Shown piece after piece: positions 1 through 8,854 of a DNA stretch of 60,981 nt. The position numbers and the translations under genes are program-made. The stretch lies in assembly GCA_041653675.1 (NCBI GenBank), contig JBAZEY010000007.1, positions 1 through 60,981 of the forward strand. Reading direction: 5' to 3'. The stretch comes from Patescibacteria group bacterium (GTDB taxonomy: Bacteria; Patescibacteriota; Patescibacteriia; XYB2-FULL-38-15). A model generated the notes under the pieces. That model did not search any database and had not been told where the DNA came from. It was given only the letters and a program-made list of their open reading frames with translations. The number at the start of each line of letters is the position of its first letter. The first letter of the stretch is position 1.

Positions 1-2
1 TT

Positions 3-1160
3 GTGGCTTTAAACCTGACTCAACAAATATTCGAAACAATGCAAAAAAGCAGTCACCCCCTGATTGCTTTCCGCAAAGACTGGAGCGGCGATGCCGTAGC
101 CACTAGTTTAGCATTGCGTTCCGTTTTTAAAAAACTCGGAAAACCTATGGTTGATGTTGCTTCCGACGGTTTTGCCGCACCTAAAAAATTAAACTTCCTC
201 TCTGAAGTCAATACCATAAAACCAGGCATTAATAATTTAAGAAAATTGATTATCAGCCTAGACGTAGCTCAAAACCGGATCGGCGACTTACATTATGAAA
301 TGAAGGGAGACAAATTAAATATTTTTGTCTCGCCGGAAGAAAAAAATCTTGACGCCAAAAATCTTTCCACTACCCTTTCCGATTACCGCTACGATCTCGC
401 CCTAATCTTGGACACGCCAGACCTTGAGTCGCTGGGTGCCGTTTATCATCAAAATTCCGATTTCTTCTATCGCACGCCAGTTGTAAATATTGATCACAGC
501 CCGTCGAACGAACAATTCGGCCAGATTAATCTCGTAGAAATGAATGCCACTTCCACCGCGGAAATTCTTTTTAACTTTTTAGAATCTTTGGACCCGCAAT
601 TAATTGATGAAGAAGTCGCGACTTATTTGCTAGCCGGCATGATTTCTAAAACCAGAAGTTTTAAATCTCCAAATGTCACGCCGCGAACCCTAGGCATTGC
701 CTCACAACTTATCGCCCGTGGCGCCCGGCGCGAAGAAATTATTAAAAATCTTTATCAAACAAAAACCATTGGCACCTTAAAACTTTGGGGTAGAGTTTTG
801 ATGCGTTTAAAAAATGACCCTTCGGCAAAGATCGTTTGGTCGCTTATAACGCGCGACGATTTTATCACTTCTGGCGCGGAAGTTGAGGAATTGCCAGAAG
901 TAATTGATGAGCTGATCGCCAATTCTCCGGACGCAAATATTGTCGTTCTTTTTTATGAAATTCCTTACCTTAATTCTCCGGAAACAAAAATTTGCTGTCT
1001 TGTAAAAACCTTGAAGGGCGCCACAGCCGACCGGCTTATTTCCCATACCGCTGAAGGAAGTAAAGATTTTAAACAATTCTGTCTTACCGGCATGCATCTC
1101 GCCGATGCGGAAAAAATAATTATAGAGGAAATAAAAATGAATCTCTTAATGAAAAAATAA
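3..1160 (+). CDS. DHH/DHHA1-family phosphoesterase-like protein (NrnA-like); may be 5'-truncated by the window edge
   Basis: 385-aa ORF. DHH-family motif order is recognisable but degenerate: SGDAVAT ~ DGDAxGS; NIDHS where DHH is expected; GMISKTRSF where GIxTDTGxF is expected. Confidence 0.55.
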   Translation: MALNLTQQIFETMQKSSHPLIAFRKDWSGDAVATSLALRSVFKKLGKPMVDVASDGFAAPKKLNFLSEVNTIKPGINNLRKLIISLDVAQNRIGDLHYEMKGDKLNIFVSPEEKNLDAKNLSTTLSDYRYDLALILDTPDLESLGAVYHQNSDFFYRTPVVNIDHSPSNEQFGQINLVEMNATSTAEILFNFLESLDPQLIDEEVATYLLAGMISKTRSFKSPNVTPRTLGIASQLIARGARREEIIKNLYQTKTIGTLKLWGRVLMRLKNDPSAKIVWSLITRDDFITSGAEVEELPEVIDELIANSPDANIVVLFYEIPYLNSPETKICCLVKTLKGATADRLISHTAEGSKDFKQFCLTGMHLADAEKIIIEEIKMNLLMKK

Positions 1161-1170
1161 TATCCATTTA

Positions 1171-1200
1171 AAAAAAACCTCGCGAATAGATTCCGCGAGG
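1171..1200 (-). terminator. Rho-independent terminator of purA
   Basis: Stem CCTCGCG/CGCGAGG (1178-1184 / 1194-1200). An A-run at 1171-1177 gives a T-run on the minus strand. Confidence 0.6.
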
Positions 1201-1247
1201 TCCCCCGATACTCCGGTTTGACCGGGGTATTTTTGTTTTTGTTCCTC

Positions 1248-2546
1248 CTAGCGCGCCAGGATCTGTCGGCGCACGATCGTGTGCTCCCGCTTGGCACCAG
1301 TCGAGACGAGATCAATCGGCACACCAAGAATGTTTTCCAGGTGGTCGACGTAGTTCCTCGCCATTTTCGACAGATCCTTGAACGAAGTGATGCCTGCGGT
1401 CGGCTCTTCCCAACCGCGAACCGTCTCGTAGACCGGCTGGACTTCTGCTTGCGCGGCAGGCGCGGCCGGCAGATGATGGATGATCCGCTCGCCGAGTTTG
1501 TAGGCGACGCAGACCTTGATCTCGGGCAGTGCATCCAAAACATCAAGTTTGGTCAGGGCCAGACGGTCCACTCCGCCAAGCTGGATGGCTTCCTTGACCT
1601 GGACGGCGTCGAACCAACCGCAGCGCCTCGGCCGGCCGGTCGTCGTACCGAATTCCTTCCCGCACCTCCGGAGTCCTTCGCCAACTTCGTCCTTGAGTTC
1701 GGTGGGAAACGGTCCTTCTCCGACACGGGTCGTGTAGGCCTTGACCACCCCGACCACCGAACTGATGCGATGGAAATCAAAACCCGCACCGAGCGCCGCC
1801 TGAGCCGCGAGAGTGGACGAGGAAGTCACAAACGGGTAGGTGCCGTGGTTCACGTCGAGCATCGCACCCTGCGCGCCTTCGAAGATGATGTTCATGCCCT
1901 GCTCGTAGAACCGGTTGGTCATCCGGGAAACAGATCCGACAAAAGGCAGAATGTCGGCCACTCCTTCTCGGATATCGGCAGCCACATCTTCCTTTCGCAA
2001 CTCGGGAACGCCGTAACCGCGACGCAGAGCGTTGTGGTGATCTAGCAGCACGTCGAGTCGCGAATCCAGATCGCGCGGGTCGGCCAGATCGCAAAATCTG
2101 ACTCCCCGGCGAGCGACCCGGTCTTCGTAGGTCGGGCCGATCCCTCGACCGGTCGTGCCGATCTTGCCCTTGCCGCTTCGTTCTTCGCTCAAACGGTCAA
2201 GCTCAATGTGAAGCGGCAGAATGAGCGAAGCCCGTTCCGAAACGAGAAAGTTCTGACCGGAAATTTCGATGTCGAGCTTCCGGAGATCATCAATCTCCCT
2301 GCGAAGCGTCCGCGCGTTCACGACCACGCCATTCTCGATCGCGCAGAGAACATGACGTCGGACAACACCCGACGGAATGAGATGCAAGACGATCTTCTCG
2401 TCGCCGATGACGACCGTGTGGCCGGCGTTGTCGCCGCCCTGAAAACGGACGACCATGTCGGCGAACTCGGTCAGGATATCCACGACCTTGCCCTTGCCTT
2501 CATCGCCCCATTGGGTGCCCACGACCACGATTGCCTGACCTGCCAT
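1248..2546 (-). CDS. purA: adenylosuccinate synthetase
   Basis: N-terminal GTQWGDEGKGK P-loop, GHTV, TTGRGIGP and GTTTGRPRRCGW motifs. Start trimmed to the ATG at 2546 (MAGQAIVVVGTQWGDEGKGK), preceded by GGAGGAG. GC is much higher than the flanks. Confidence 0.95.
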   Translation of the reverse strand: MAGQAIVVVGTQWGDEGKGKVVDILTEFADMVVRFQGGDNAGHTVVIGDEKIVLHLIPSGVVRRHVLCAIENGVVVNARTLRREIDDLRKLDIEISGQNFLVSERASLILPLHIELDRLSEERSGKGKIGTTGRGIGPTYEDRVARRGVRFCDLADPRDLDSRLDVLLDHHNALRRGYGVPELRKEDVAADIREGVADILPFVGSVSRMTNRFYEQGMNIIFEGAQGAMLDVNHGTYPFVTSSSTLAAQAALGAGFDFHRISSVVGVVKAYTTRVGEGPFPTELKDEVGEGLRRCGKEFGTTTGRPRRCGWFDAVQVKEAIQLGGVDRLALTKLDVLDALPEIKVCVAYKLGERIIHHLPAAPAAQAEVQPVYETVRGWEEPTAGITSFKDLSKMARNYVDHLENILGVPIDLVSTGAKREHTIVRRQILAR

Positions 2547-2707
2547 CTTCTCCTCCTCTCGGCTCGCCATAGTAGGCGGCCTTCCCCCCCTTGTTTTTGA
2601 TTTCCAAGTAACCAAAAGAAAGTTATCACAAATTGAGAAAAATGTAAATTGGGGTAGACTCTTGATTTTTTAAACTAATCATATAAAATGTTATTAGACG
2701 AACTTAT

Positions 2708-2784
2708 GGGCGGCTAGCTCAGCTGGTTAGAGCGTTACATTGACATTGTAAAGGTCACAGGTTCGACTCCTGTGCCGCCCACCA
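2708..2784 (+). tRNA. tRNA-Val (anticodon GAC), CCA encoded
   Basis: Hand-folded cloverleaf: acceptor GGGCGGC/GCCGCCC, D arm GCTC..GAGC, anticodon stem TTACA/TGTAA with loop TTGACAT, T arm ACAGG-TTCGACT-CCTGT, then ACCA. Confidence 0.9.
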
Positions 2785-2820
2785 AAAAATCCGTCGCCAA
2801 TTTGGCAGACGGATTTTTTT
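2785..2820. terminator. bidirectional hairpin terminator (tRNA-Val / rubrerythrin)
   Basis: ATCCGTC..GACGGAT stem, flanked by an A-run upstream and a T7 run downstream. Confidence 0.6.
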
Positions 2821-2838
2821 ATTTCCTAAATTTATATC

Positions 2839-3399
2839 CTAGTAATTCTGGCACCACGGTTCGTAGAAAGCGCGCGGTTCATTGCAGGCCGGACACTTTG
2901 CCGGCGGTTCGGTTCCTTCGTGAATATAGCCGCAATTCAAACATTTCCAGCGAATCGGTTTCTCGGTCTTAAAGACAGCTTTGGCCTTAACTTTTTCAAT
3001 TAAAATTCGATATCGTTTTTCATGCTGTTCTTCTACTTCACCAATTTCTCGAAACATATCCGCAATTTTATCCTCACCTTCTTCACGGGCAATTTTTTCA
3101 AAACCCGGGTACATCTCATTCCATTCCCACTTTTCTCCCGCCGCGGCTGCTTCAAGATTTTCAGCCGTGCTTCCAACCGGCGGCACGCTAAAATTTTCTA
3201 AATTAGTGGCTGGCTCGCCTTCCATAAAACTCTGTTCACGCTCGGCGTGCTCCATTTCATTAGCCGCCGTCTCTTCAAAAATTCTCGCGATTCCCTCGTA
3301 TCCTTCTTTTCTTGCTTTCATGGCAAAAAAAGTATATTTGTTGCGGGCCATTGATTCTCCGGCAAACGCCCGCCGTAAATTTTCTTGGGTTTTAGACAT
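2839..3399 (-). CDS. rbr: rubrerythrin
   Basis: Ferritin-like diiron domain (NLRRAFAGESMARNKY.., EExxH repeats) plus a C-terminal rubredoxin-like CLNCG..CPAC. Confidence 0.9.
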   Translation of the reverse strand: MSKTQENLRRAFAGESMARNKYTFFAMKARKEGYEGIARIFEETAANEMEHAEREQSFMEGEPATNLENFSVPPVGSTAENLEAAAAGEKWEWNEMYPGFEKIAREEGEDKIADMFREIGEVEEQHEKRYRILIEKVKAKAVFKTEKPIRWKCLNCGYIHEGTEPPAKCPACNEPRAFYEPWCQNY

Positions 3400-3410
3400 A
3401 AAATAAAAAT

Positions 3411-3572
3411 TTAAATTTGTTCTTCCTCTCCTTCGGCTTCTTCTTCCTCTCCTTCCATTATTTCCATCTCTTCTTCACAGCAAACCAAAGTTCCTCCGCC
3501 AACCTCCATCACGGTTATTTCGTTTCCGCAGACATTGCAGTGATACTTTTCTCCGATGTTTTTTACTGCCAT
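3411..3572 (-). CDS. desulforedoxin-like small protein (53 aa; not in the supplied ORF track)
   Basis: Hand translation gives MAVKNIGEKYHCNVCGNEITVMEVGGGTLVCCEEEM.. This matches the desulforedoxin signature C-x2-C ... GGGTLVCC. It has an acidic C-terminal tail. Confidence 0.8.
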   Translation of the reverse strand: MAVKNIGEKYHCNVCGNEITVMEVGGGTLVCCEEEMEIMEGEEEEAEGEEEQI

Positions 3573-3593
3573 AAAATAAAAATTAAAAAATTA

Positions 3594-3809
3594 TTATTCT
3601 TTGCCGTTTAAACAATAGTATCCGGACTTAAGGTTGTTTTCCTGATGCACAACGCAATTCATGCAAACACAGCCGCTCATCGGCACCTCGCAGGAACTTT
3701 TGTCTTTGCCGCAAAAAAGTTTTTGGTGGCTGCCGCGCATGCACATATTATAGCTCGGGCACGGTTCACAGCCGCACTTTACAAAATTTTCTTGGTTGTC
3801 TTGAACCAT
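3594..3809 (-). CDS. Cys-rich DUF2769-like protein
   Basis: Pattern CGCEPCPSY..FCGK..C..GCVCMNCVVH..LKSGYYC resembles DUF2769. Start trimmed to MVQDNQ. Confidence 0.5.
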   Translation of the reverse strand: MVQDNQENFVKCGCEPCPSYNMCMRGSHQKLFCGKDKSSCEVPMSGCVCMNCVVHQENNLKSGYYCLNGKE

Positions 3810-3826
3810 GTTTTTAAAATTAATTA

Positions 3827-4615
3827 TTATTCGCAAGCCGGAATAATTTTTTTGTAATCAAATTTTGTTTCGGAAAATTTTATCACATTATTGGCTACCG
3901 CCCGAACAAATTCACGAGTTTTTTTGTCTGCTTTAAAATATGGCTTGTCATCCTCGGTTTTGTATTGCGCACCGTGCGTCGTGTAGGTTATGCCAAATGG
4001 GGCTAAAACACAACCCATATTTTCTAAATACATCAAAATGTCAAAAGCCGTTTTATAAGCGCCGTCTTCGTGGCCGTTTACAATTATACCACAGGTTTTT
4101 CCAAGCATCGGCGTCGTGCCGTTCACCAAAAACATATTTTGTAATGCCGTCAGCCGATCAAGAAAATGTTTCAGGAGCGCCGGCATATTATTCCAATTTA
4201 TTGGCGAAACAATTATAAATCCCTTGCACTTTTTAAGCAAAGTATAAAAATATTTCATGTCGTCGTCTTGATTTCGGCAAGGATCGTGGCAGAGATTTTG
4301 AAACATGGAATAACAATGCCAACACATATCGACTCTATACTCGGACAAATTTATTACCTGATATGATTTTTTTTGTTCTTTGAAAACCTCGGCAACCATG
4401 TCCGTGAAAAGTCTGGTATTATGTGCACGGTGCTTTGAGCCATTAATAATCAAATAATCCGCCGGCTTTAAGGCCTTAGCCCGTTCTGAAGACGGCTTAA
4501 CCGGCATCAAATCAAATTCTCCCGCTTCCGAACCGCAGCGCGGGCAATTTTTCGGCGGCTTATCGCCAGAATGAATAAAACCGCAATTGTTACAAACCCA
4601 CATTTTTTTAACCAT
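3827..4615 (-). CDS. rubredoxin-like zinc ribbon fused to a flavodoxin-fold / iron-sulfur-flavoprotein-like reductase
   Basis: N-terminal WVCNNCGF..CPRCGS. Flavodoxin-like core (LIINGSKH.., IIVSPINWNN). Compact Cys cluster CWHCYSMFQNLCHDPC. Confidence 0.65.
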   Translation of the reverse strand: MVKKMWVCNNCGFIHSGDKPPKNCPRCGSEAGEFDLMPVKPSSERAKALKPADYLIINGSKHRAHNTRLFTDMVAEVFKEQKKSYQVINLSEYRVDMCWHCYSMFQNLCHDPCRNQDDDMKYFYTLLKKCKGFIIVSPINWNNMPALLKHFLDRLTALQNMFLVNGTTPMLGKTCGIIVNGHEDGAYKTAFDILMYLENMGCVLAPFGITYTTHGAQYKTEDDKPYFKADKKTREFVRAVANNVIKFSETKFDYKKIIPACE

Positions 4616-4621
4616 ATAAAT

Positions 4622-5071
4622 TTATTTTACAATTATCCGGCCGGTCATGTTTGGATGCGGTACACAATGATAGGGATAAACCCCGGGCGTTTCAAATTTT
4701 TTGGTGAAACTTTGGTCTTTACCAAAAAGTTCGCTGCCCCAGTCCTCGCCCGTCACGGTGTGGTTCGCTGAATCGCGGTTTGTCCAGGTAACTTCTCCTC
4801 CCGCGGCAATCGTCACACTCGGAGGACTAAAAGAAAAATTCTGAAGTAAAACCGTGGCTGTTTTAGGAGACTCTTCGGCGGGCTGATTTACGTTGACCGA
4901 TGACGGAACATTAGCGTTTTCATTTACCGGCGGAACAACGTTATTTGTTATAGGAACATTTTCCATCGGCACGTTCGCCTCGGGCGCTGGAGTAGACGTT
5001 TCTTTATAACAACCCGCGCCGGCTAAAATTAAAACTGCTAAAACAAAAAATACTAGGCTAAAACTCTTCAT
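4622..5071 (-). CDS. cupredoxin (plastocyanin/amicyanin-like) lipoprotein
   Basis: Signal peptide with lipobox LAGAGC. Type-1 Cu ligand pattern H..(YHCVPHPNM). Confidence 0.75.
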   Translation of the reverse strand: MKSFSLVFFVLAVLILAGAGCYKETSTPAPEANVPMENVPITNNVVPPVNENANVPSSVNVNQPAEESPKTATVLLQNFSFSPPSVTIAAGGEVTWTNRDSANHTVTGEDWGSELFGKDQSFTKKFETPGVYPYHCVPHPNMTGRIIVK

Positions 5072-5078
5072 AACATAA

Positions 5079-5333
5079 TTATTTTATCCCAAAATTAAAA
5101 AACCAAATTCCCAGACCATAATAGGCGTGCACCAGAGCGACAATTAAAAGCAGTGTCGCGTTAATTTTATGGAGTTTTAGGAGATTCATTCTGCCGCGGC
5201 GCACCATCATTATGCCGAGATAAATTTGGAAGAGCAAAAGCACTCCCAAAATAATCCCCAGCCAAACATTAATTGGCCGGCCAAAAAGAATAGGCACTGT
5301 TGTTAAAAATTCCATAAATTTTTTAATTACCAT
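5079..5333 (-). CDS. small two-TM membrane protein
   Basis: 84-aa hydrophobic ORF packed between the cupredoxin and SOR genes. Confidence 0.4.
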   Translation of the reverse strand: MVIKKFMEFLTTVPILFGRPINVWLGIILGVLLLFQIYLGIMMVRRGRMNLLKLHKINATLLLIVALVHAYYGLGIWFFNFGIK

Positions 5334-5340
5334 CTACCAG

Positions 5341-5658
5341 TTACACACTTTCCCAAAGTCCGTGGATATTACATTCTTCCCGCGCCATCAAAATATCTTC
5401 CGGTTTTAAATCCGGAATTTCAAAAACAATCTCAGCTGGTTTGCCAACTTCAAGATTTTTCCGCTCTACCACCGCCTTATTCCGATAAAGTTCAATCCAA
5501 TTAATATGATGTGCTTCTTCCGTTGGATGCGGCACGAGCCCGACCTTCACCGAAACTTCGCCACTTCCCTGCCTTAAAATCACTGGCGTATGTTTTTGCT
5601 CAAGCTCGGTCGGATTCATAAAATCTTTCATTTTTTGAACTTCCATATTTTTATCCAT
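5341..5658 (-). CDS. sor: superoxide reductase (1Fe-SOR / neelaredoxin-type)
   Basis: EQKHTPV, HPTEEAHHINWI and CNIHGLW motifs give the 4 His + Cys ligand pattern of the desulfoferrodoxin ferrous-iron-binding domain. Confidence 0.85.
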   Translation of the reverse strand: MDKNMEVQKMKDFMNPTELEQKHTPVILRQGSGEVSVKVGLVPHPTEEAHHINWIELYRNKAVVERKNLEVGKPAEIVFEIPDLKPEDILMAREECNIHGLWESV

Positions 5659-5759
5659 TTAATGATTATTTTTCCATTATACCACAAAAAAGACGTGAAA
5701 AAAATAAACTCAGCGCGAGCCAGACGCGATAATTTTTCCTTATTTTATTTTTAACTTCT

Positions 5760-6899
5760 CTACCTTTTCTCAAAAAACATTTGAGAAAGCGCTACCCATA
5801 GACCGCCGAAAGCGGCCGCGCCAAAAACAAGACAGAAAGCCCAGCCAAGAATGGGAATCAATCCGATTAAACTCATAAGTACAATACCGACCACAACCGT
5901 CTTCCAATTAAAGTGAAACTCTTTCTTTTTTGAAAAAAGTTTCCAAATCAAACTTCCGAGTGCCATGCCCGCCAAAGCCGGACTTAAAACCATAAAGAAA
6001 AAGTGCAAAAGCAATCCGCCTACGCCAAGCACGCTGCCAATTATCGTGATAAAAGAAATAACCGCGGCGATTGGCAAACAAATCCCGATAGCCACGCCGA
6101 TCAGTAAATCCCAACCAAATTCTTTCAAATTTCTTTTAACAAATTCTTCTGTCTGGCGGCGGAAAATCCAATAAAGAAGCAACCCGACCAAGAGGACCGA
6201 CAAAAATTTCAAAAGCCAAACACCCCAGAAGATTCCCCAAAATGCATTTTTATTTTCTCTTACCTGACTCTCAATTTTTTTAAAATCAACCGCTCCCCCA
6301 ATCACCGCTGCCGGATCAATTTGGGCTGCTTCCGCAGCTTCATAAGAAAGCGCGCCCGTAATTTTTGCATCAGGGCCAATCGTTAATTTTCTAACTTTAG
6401 CAAAAACATCGCCTTCAATTTTTCCATTAATAACTGCCTCGTCTCCATAAATTTTAAGGCCGCTCTTTGTTTCACCGGAAAAAGTCACCATTCCGCCCGC
6501 CAAGGCCACATTCTTTCCAAAAGTTGCTTCTTCCGAAATGCTCACCTGGCCGCCCGCCACGACTGCTTCTCCGCCCACTGTCCCACCGATCATTACTGTC
6601 CCGCCGGCCGCCCGAATATCGCCGCCAACTAAACCAATTAAACTCACTGTCCCGCCGGCCGCTGCCACATCATCTCTCACCTCGCCGGTGAAAAGAATTG
6701 TACCTCCGACCGCGATAAAATCTCCTTCAATTTTTCCCCCCAAAATTACGTTGCTCCCGGCAGTATAAAGATTGTCGGAAATTGTTTTATCCTTGCCTAA
6801 GGCAAATTCTTCTCCGGTCCTAAACTCCGCCGCGCCAACCGGGCTCACAACCAAAACCATGGCTGCGATTGCCAGGCATACAAAAATTTTCTTTTGCAT
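5760..6899 (-). CDS. bactofilin-like beta-helix repeat domain fused to a polytopic membrane domain
   Basis: Signal/TM segment. Repeated G-x-V/I-x-G-G motifs (GGTVSLIG.. GGTVMIGG..). The C-terminal ~170 aa contains 4-5 predicted TM helices. Confidence 0.5.
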   Translation of the reverse strand: MQKKIFVCLAIAAMVLVVSPVGAAEFRTGEEFALGKDKTISDNLYTAGSNVILGGKIEGDFIAVGGTILFTGEVRDDVAAAGGTVSLIGLVGGDIRAAGGTVMIGGTVGGEAVVAGGQVSISEEATFGKNVALAGGMVTFSGETKSGLKIYGDEAVINGKIEGDVFAKVRKLTIGPDAKITGALSYEAAEAAQIDPAAVIGGAVDFKKIESQVRENKNAFWGIFWGVWLLKFLSVLLVGLLLYWIFRRQTEEFVKRNLKEFGWDLLIGVAIGICLPIAAVISFITIIGSVLGVGGLLLHFFFMVLSPALAGMALGSLIWKLFSKKKEFHFNWKTVVVGIVLMSLIGLIPILGWAFCLVFGAAAFGGLWVALSQMFFEKR

Positions 6900-6929
6900 A
6901 CTCGTGGTAGTTAAATTAAAAAAAATTAA

Positions 6930-7166
6930 TTAAGAATTATTTTTACTTTTCTTTAAAAGTATAGCGCTAAAAATAAAAGCTGTGGCAAAAAACAACGCGC
7001 CAAAAAAACACGGCGTTAAAAATGGATTTGGGCTAAAATAAGTCGGACAACCCAGGGTGCAAGTCCTCGCGTTTAACCAATTATAAAGTTCGTACGCAAA
7101 ATTTCCCCAAGCAAAAAGCGTGCCCAAGAGTAAAACGACAAACTGCGCGATGATAATTTTTCTCAT
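6930..7166 (-). CDS. small membrane protein with a CTLGC motif
   Basis: 78-aa ORF with two hydrophobic segments. Confidence 0.4.
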   Translation of the reverse strand: MRKIIIAQFVVLLLGTLFAWGNFAYELYNWLNARTCTLGCPTYFSPNPFLTPCFFGALFFATAFIFSAILLKKSKNNS

Positions 7167-7180
7167 AAATTTATTTTAAA

Positions 7181-7693
7181 TTAATTATTACCGTTCATTA
7201 TCTTTTTTCTCGGGCCCAAATGTTTAGGCAAAGCCTGCCAAAAATAGAAAAGAATCAACATATCAAAAAAGAGTATAATCATTTTTAAAAGAGAAAAATT
7301 AACCGCAAGCTCATAGACGCCGTAAACGGCCACGCCGGAGAAAAAAATTACGCCGATGTCGCGGACAATCCACAAACGATACCAAACGCCGATGGCTAAA
7401 ATAATTTTTATCGCCCCTAAAATAATTAAAACCCATCCGACGGCGAGGGAACTTTTAACCCACCCGGCGTGCGAAAGCAGCCAATTGATAAAAATATCTT
7501 GCGGATCCTCGGCAAGCTCTTTGGTAATCCACACACTGATAAATTCACTGGTCGCCACGTGGCGAACGACATAGACTAAAAATAAATCCAGAGAACCCAA
7601 AACTATTTCCACTAACCCAAAAATTCCTTTGTAGGCGACAATTAAAATCAAACCCAGCGGACGTTTAAAATATTGATCAAGTTTTTGAAGCAT
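7181..7693 (-). CDS. polytopic membrane protein (DUF2127-like)
   Basis: 170 aa with 4 hydrophobic helices. Confidence 0.45.
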   Translation of the reverse strand: MLQKLDQYFKRPLGLILIVAYKGIFGLVEIVLGSLDLFLVYVVRHVATSEFISVWITKELAEDPQDIFINWLLSHAGWVKSSLAVGWVLIILGAIKIILAIGVWYRLWIVRDIGVIFFSGVAVYGVYELAVNFSLLKMIILFFDMLILFYFWQALPKHLGPRKKIMNGNN

Positions 7694-7711
7694 TAAATTT
7701 AATTTGGAAAA

Positions 7712-8326
7712 TTATTTCGTTTTCAAAATAATTTTTTGTTCAGTCGGTTTATCCTGGCTAACTTCGACTGTCGGCGTATCATCCGAATGTTCCAAATTTG
7801 TAGGGAAATTGCTGTCATTAAAAAAGATAACGTACTTTCCTGGTTTGATATTAAAAGTTGCGACGCCCGCGTTATCTGTTTTAACAAACCCTCCCTCTGC
7901 CGGCGGCCCAGCAGTTTCTCCGACATCAACTTCTAAGTCTTTTACTGGTTCATCTTTATCCGTGACCACCATCACTCTTAAGACCGCGTCGCCCTTGATA
8001 CTCGGCCCCTGTTGATTGTCTTGATATATCAAAAAATAAAGGCCGACAAAGCAGAGAATGATAATTAAAAAAATCGTCACATCAAGGCGCCAACGAAATT
8101 TCGAGGTGAACATAAAATAAAGCCCAGCGAGAATAATCGGATCAATAATGAAGGCTACCGGAAACGTAATTATAAACAGAAACATTATAAGCGGTGACTG
8201 GCTAGTCGAAAGCGGCACGCCTACAAAAATAAAAATAATGAGCCCGATGCCGAAAACATAACGAAAAATTCTCGCGGCCGAGAGCCAATAATTTTTTTTA
8301 ATTTGTGGGGTCAAAATTTCCGGCAT
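7712..8326 (-). CDS. membrane protein with a C-terminal carboxypeptidase-regulatory-like / Ig-like domain
   Basis: N-terminal TM helices, then VMVVTDKDEPVKDLEVDVGE..TDNAGVATFNIKPGKY. Confidence 0.45.
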   Translation of the reverse strand: MPEILTPQIKKNYWLSAARIFRYVFGIGLIIFIFVGVPLSTSQSPLIMFLFIITFPVAFIIDPIILAGLYFMFTSKFRWRLDVTIFLIIILCFVGLYFLIYQDNQQGPSIKGDAVLRVMVVTDKDEPVKDLEVDVGETAGPPAEGGFVKTDNAGVATFNIKPGKYVIFFNDSNFPTNLEHSDDTPTVEVSQDKPTEQKIILKTK

Positions 8327-8341
8327 AAATTGGATATTAAA

Positions 8342-8581
8342 TTATATTATTCGTTTACGCAAAGAAACAAAAAACACGGCAAGCGCCGCGGCAAAAGAAA
8401 CTAAATTTAAAATGGCGAGCGTCGTAAGCCCAGAGAGAAAGCCATCCACCACGAGGAGCAACACGCCCAGGGCGTAAATTGCGACAAAAGCCGGCCAAAC
8501 TTCTTTTTTACTGACAAGCATTTTTCCTAACTGCAAAATCCAAGCCAAAATAATTAGTAAGAGACCAAAATTCGTAAGCAT
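8342..8581 (-). CDS. small membrane protein
   Basis: Hydrophobic ORF. Start trimmed to MLTNFGLL to avoid overlap with the upstream gene. Confidence 0.4.
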   Translation of the reverse strand: MLTNFGLLLIILAWILQLGKMLVSKKEVWPAFVAIYALGVLLLVVDGFLSGLTTLAILNLVSFAAALAVFFVSLRKRII

Positions 8582-8585
8582 AATT

Positions 8586-8828
8586 TTATCTCCGCCGAGA
8601 AATTTGCCAAACTGAAGCAAGAGCGGAAAGAGTCGCGACAAGGAAAATTACTGAAAGCACGTTCTGCGGCACGCCCCAGCCGTAAAGTTTTGCAAGATCA
8701 TAGAAAACATAGATCGCGAAAGTGAACGCCAGGCCGTACATGTACGAACGGCCTCGAAACGCGGCCACGGCCGAAAGAAGCGCGACCAGACCTTCAATGG
8801 CGATTGAAATGAGAGGAATGAATTCCAT
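8586..8828 (-). CDS. small membrane protein
   Basis: 80-aa ORF with 3 hydrophobic segments. Confidence 0.4.
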   Translation of the reverse strand: MEFIPLISIAIEGLVALLSAVAAFRGRSYMYGLAFTFAIYVFYDLAKLYGWGVPQNVLSVIFLVATLSALASVWQISRRR

Positions 8829-8854
8829 AGAAAAAAGTTAAATTATCTTATATC

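Noticed and set aside
1218-2600. Multiple long ORFs on both strands inside the purA region (for example 1218-2045 +, 1777-2094 -, 2208-2600 +).
   Set aside because: They are antisense or off-frame ORFs, as expected in a ~60-65% GC gene. They are Arg/Pro/Ala-rich with no motifs, whereas the minus-strand frame carries all the PurA motifs.
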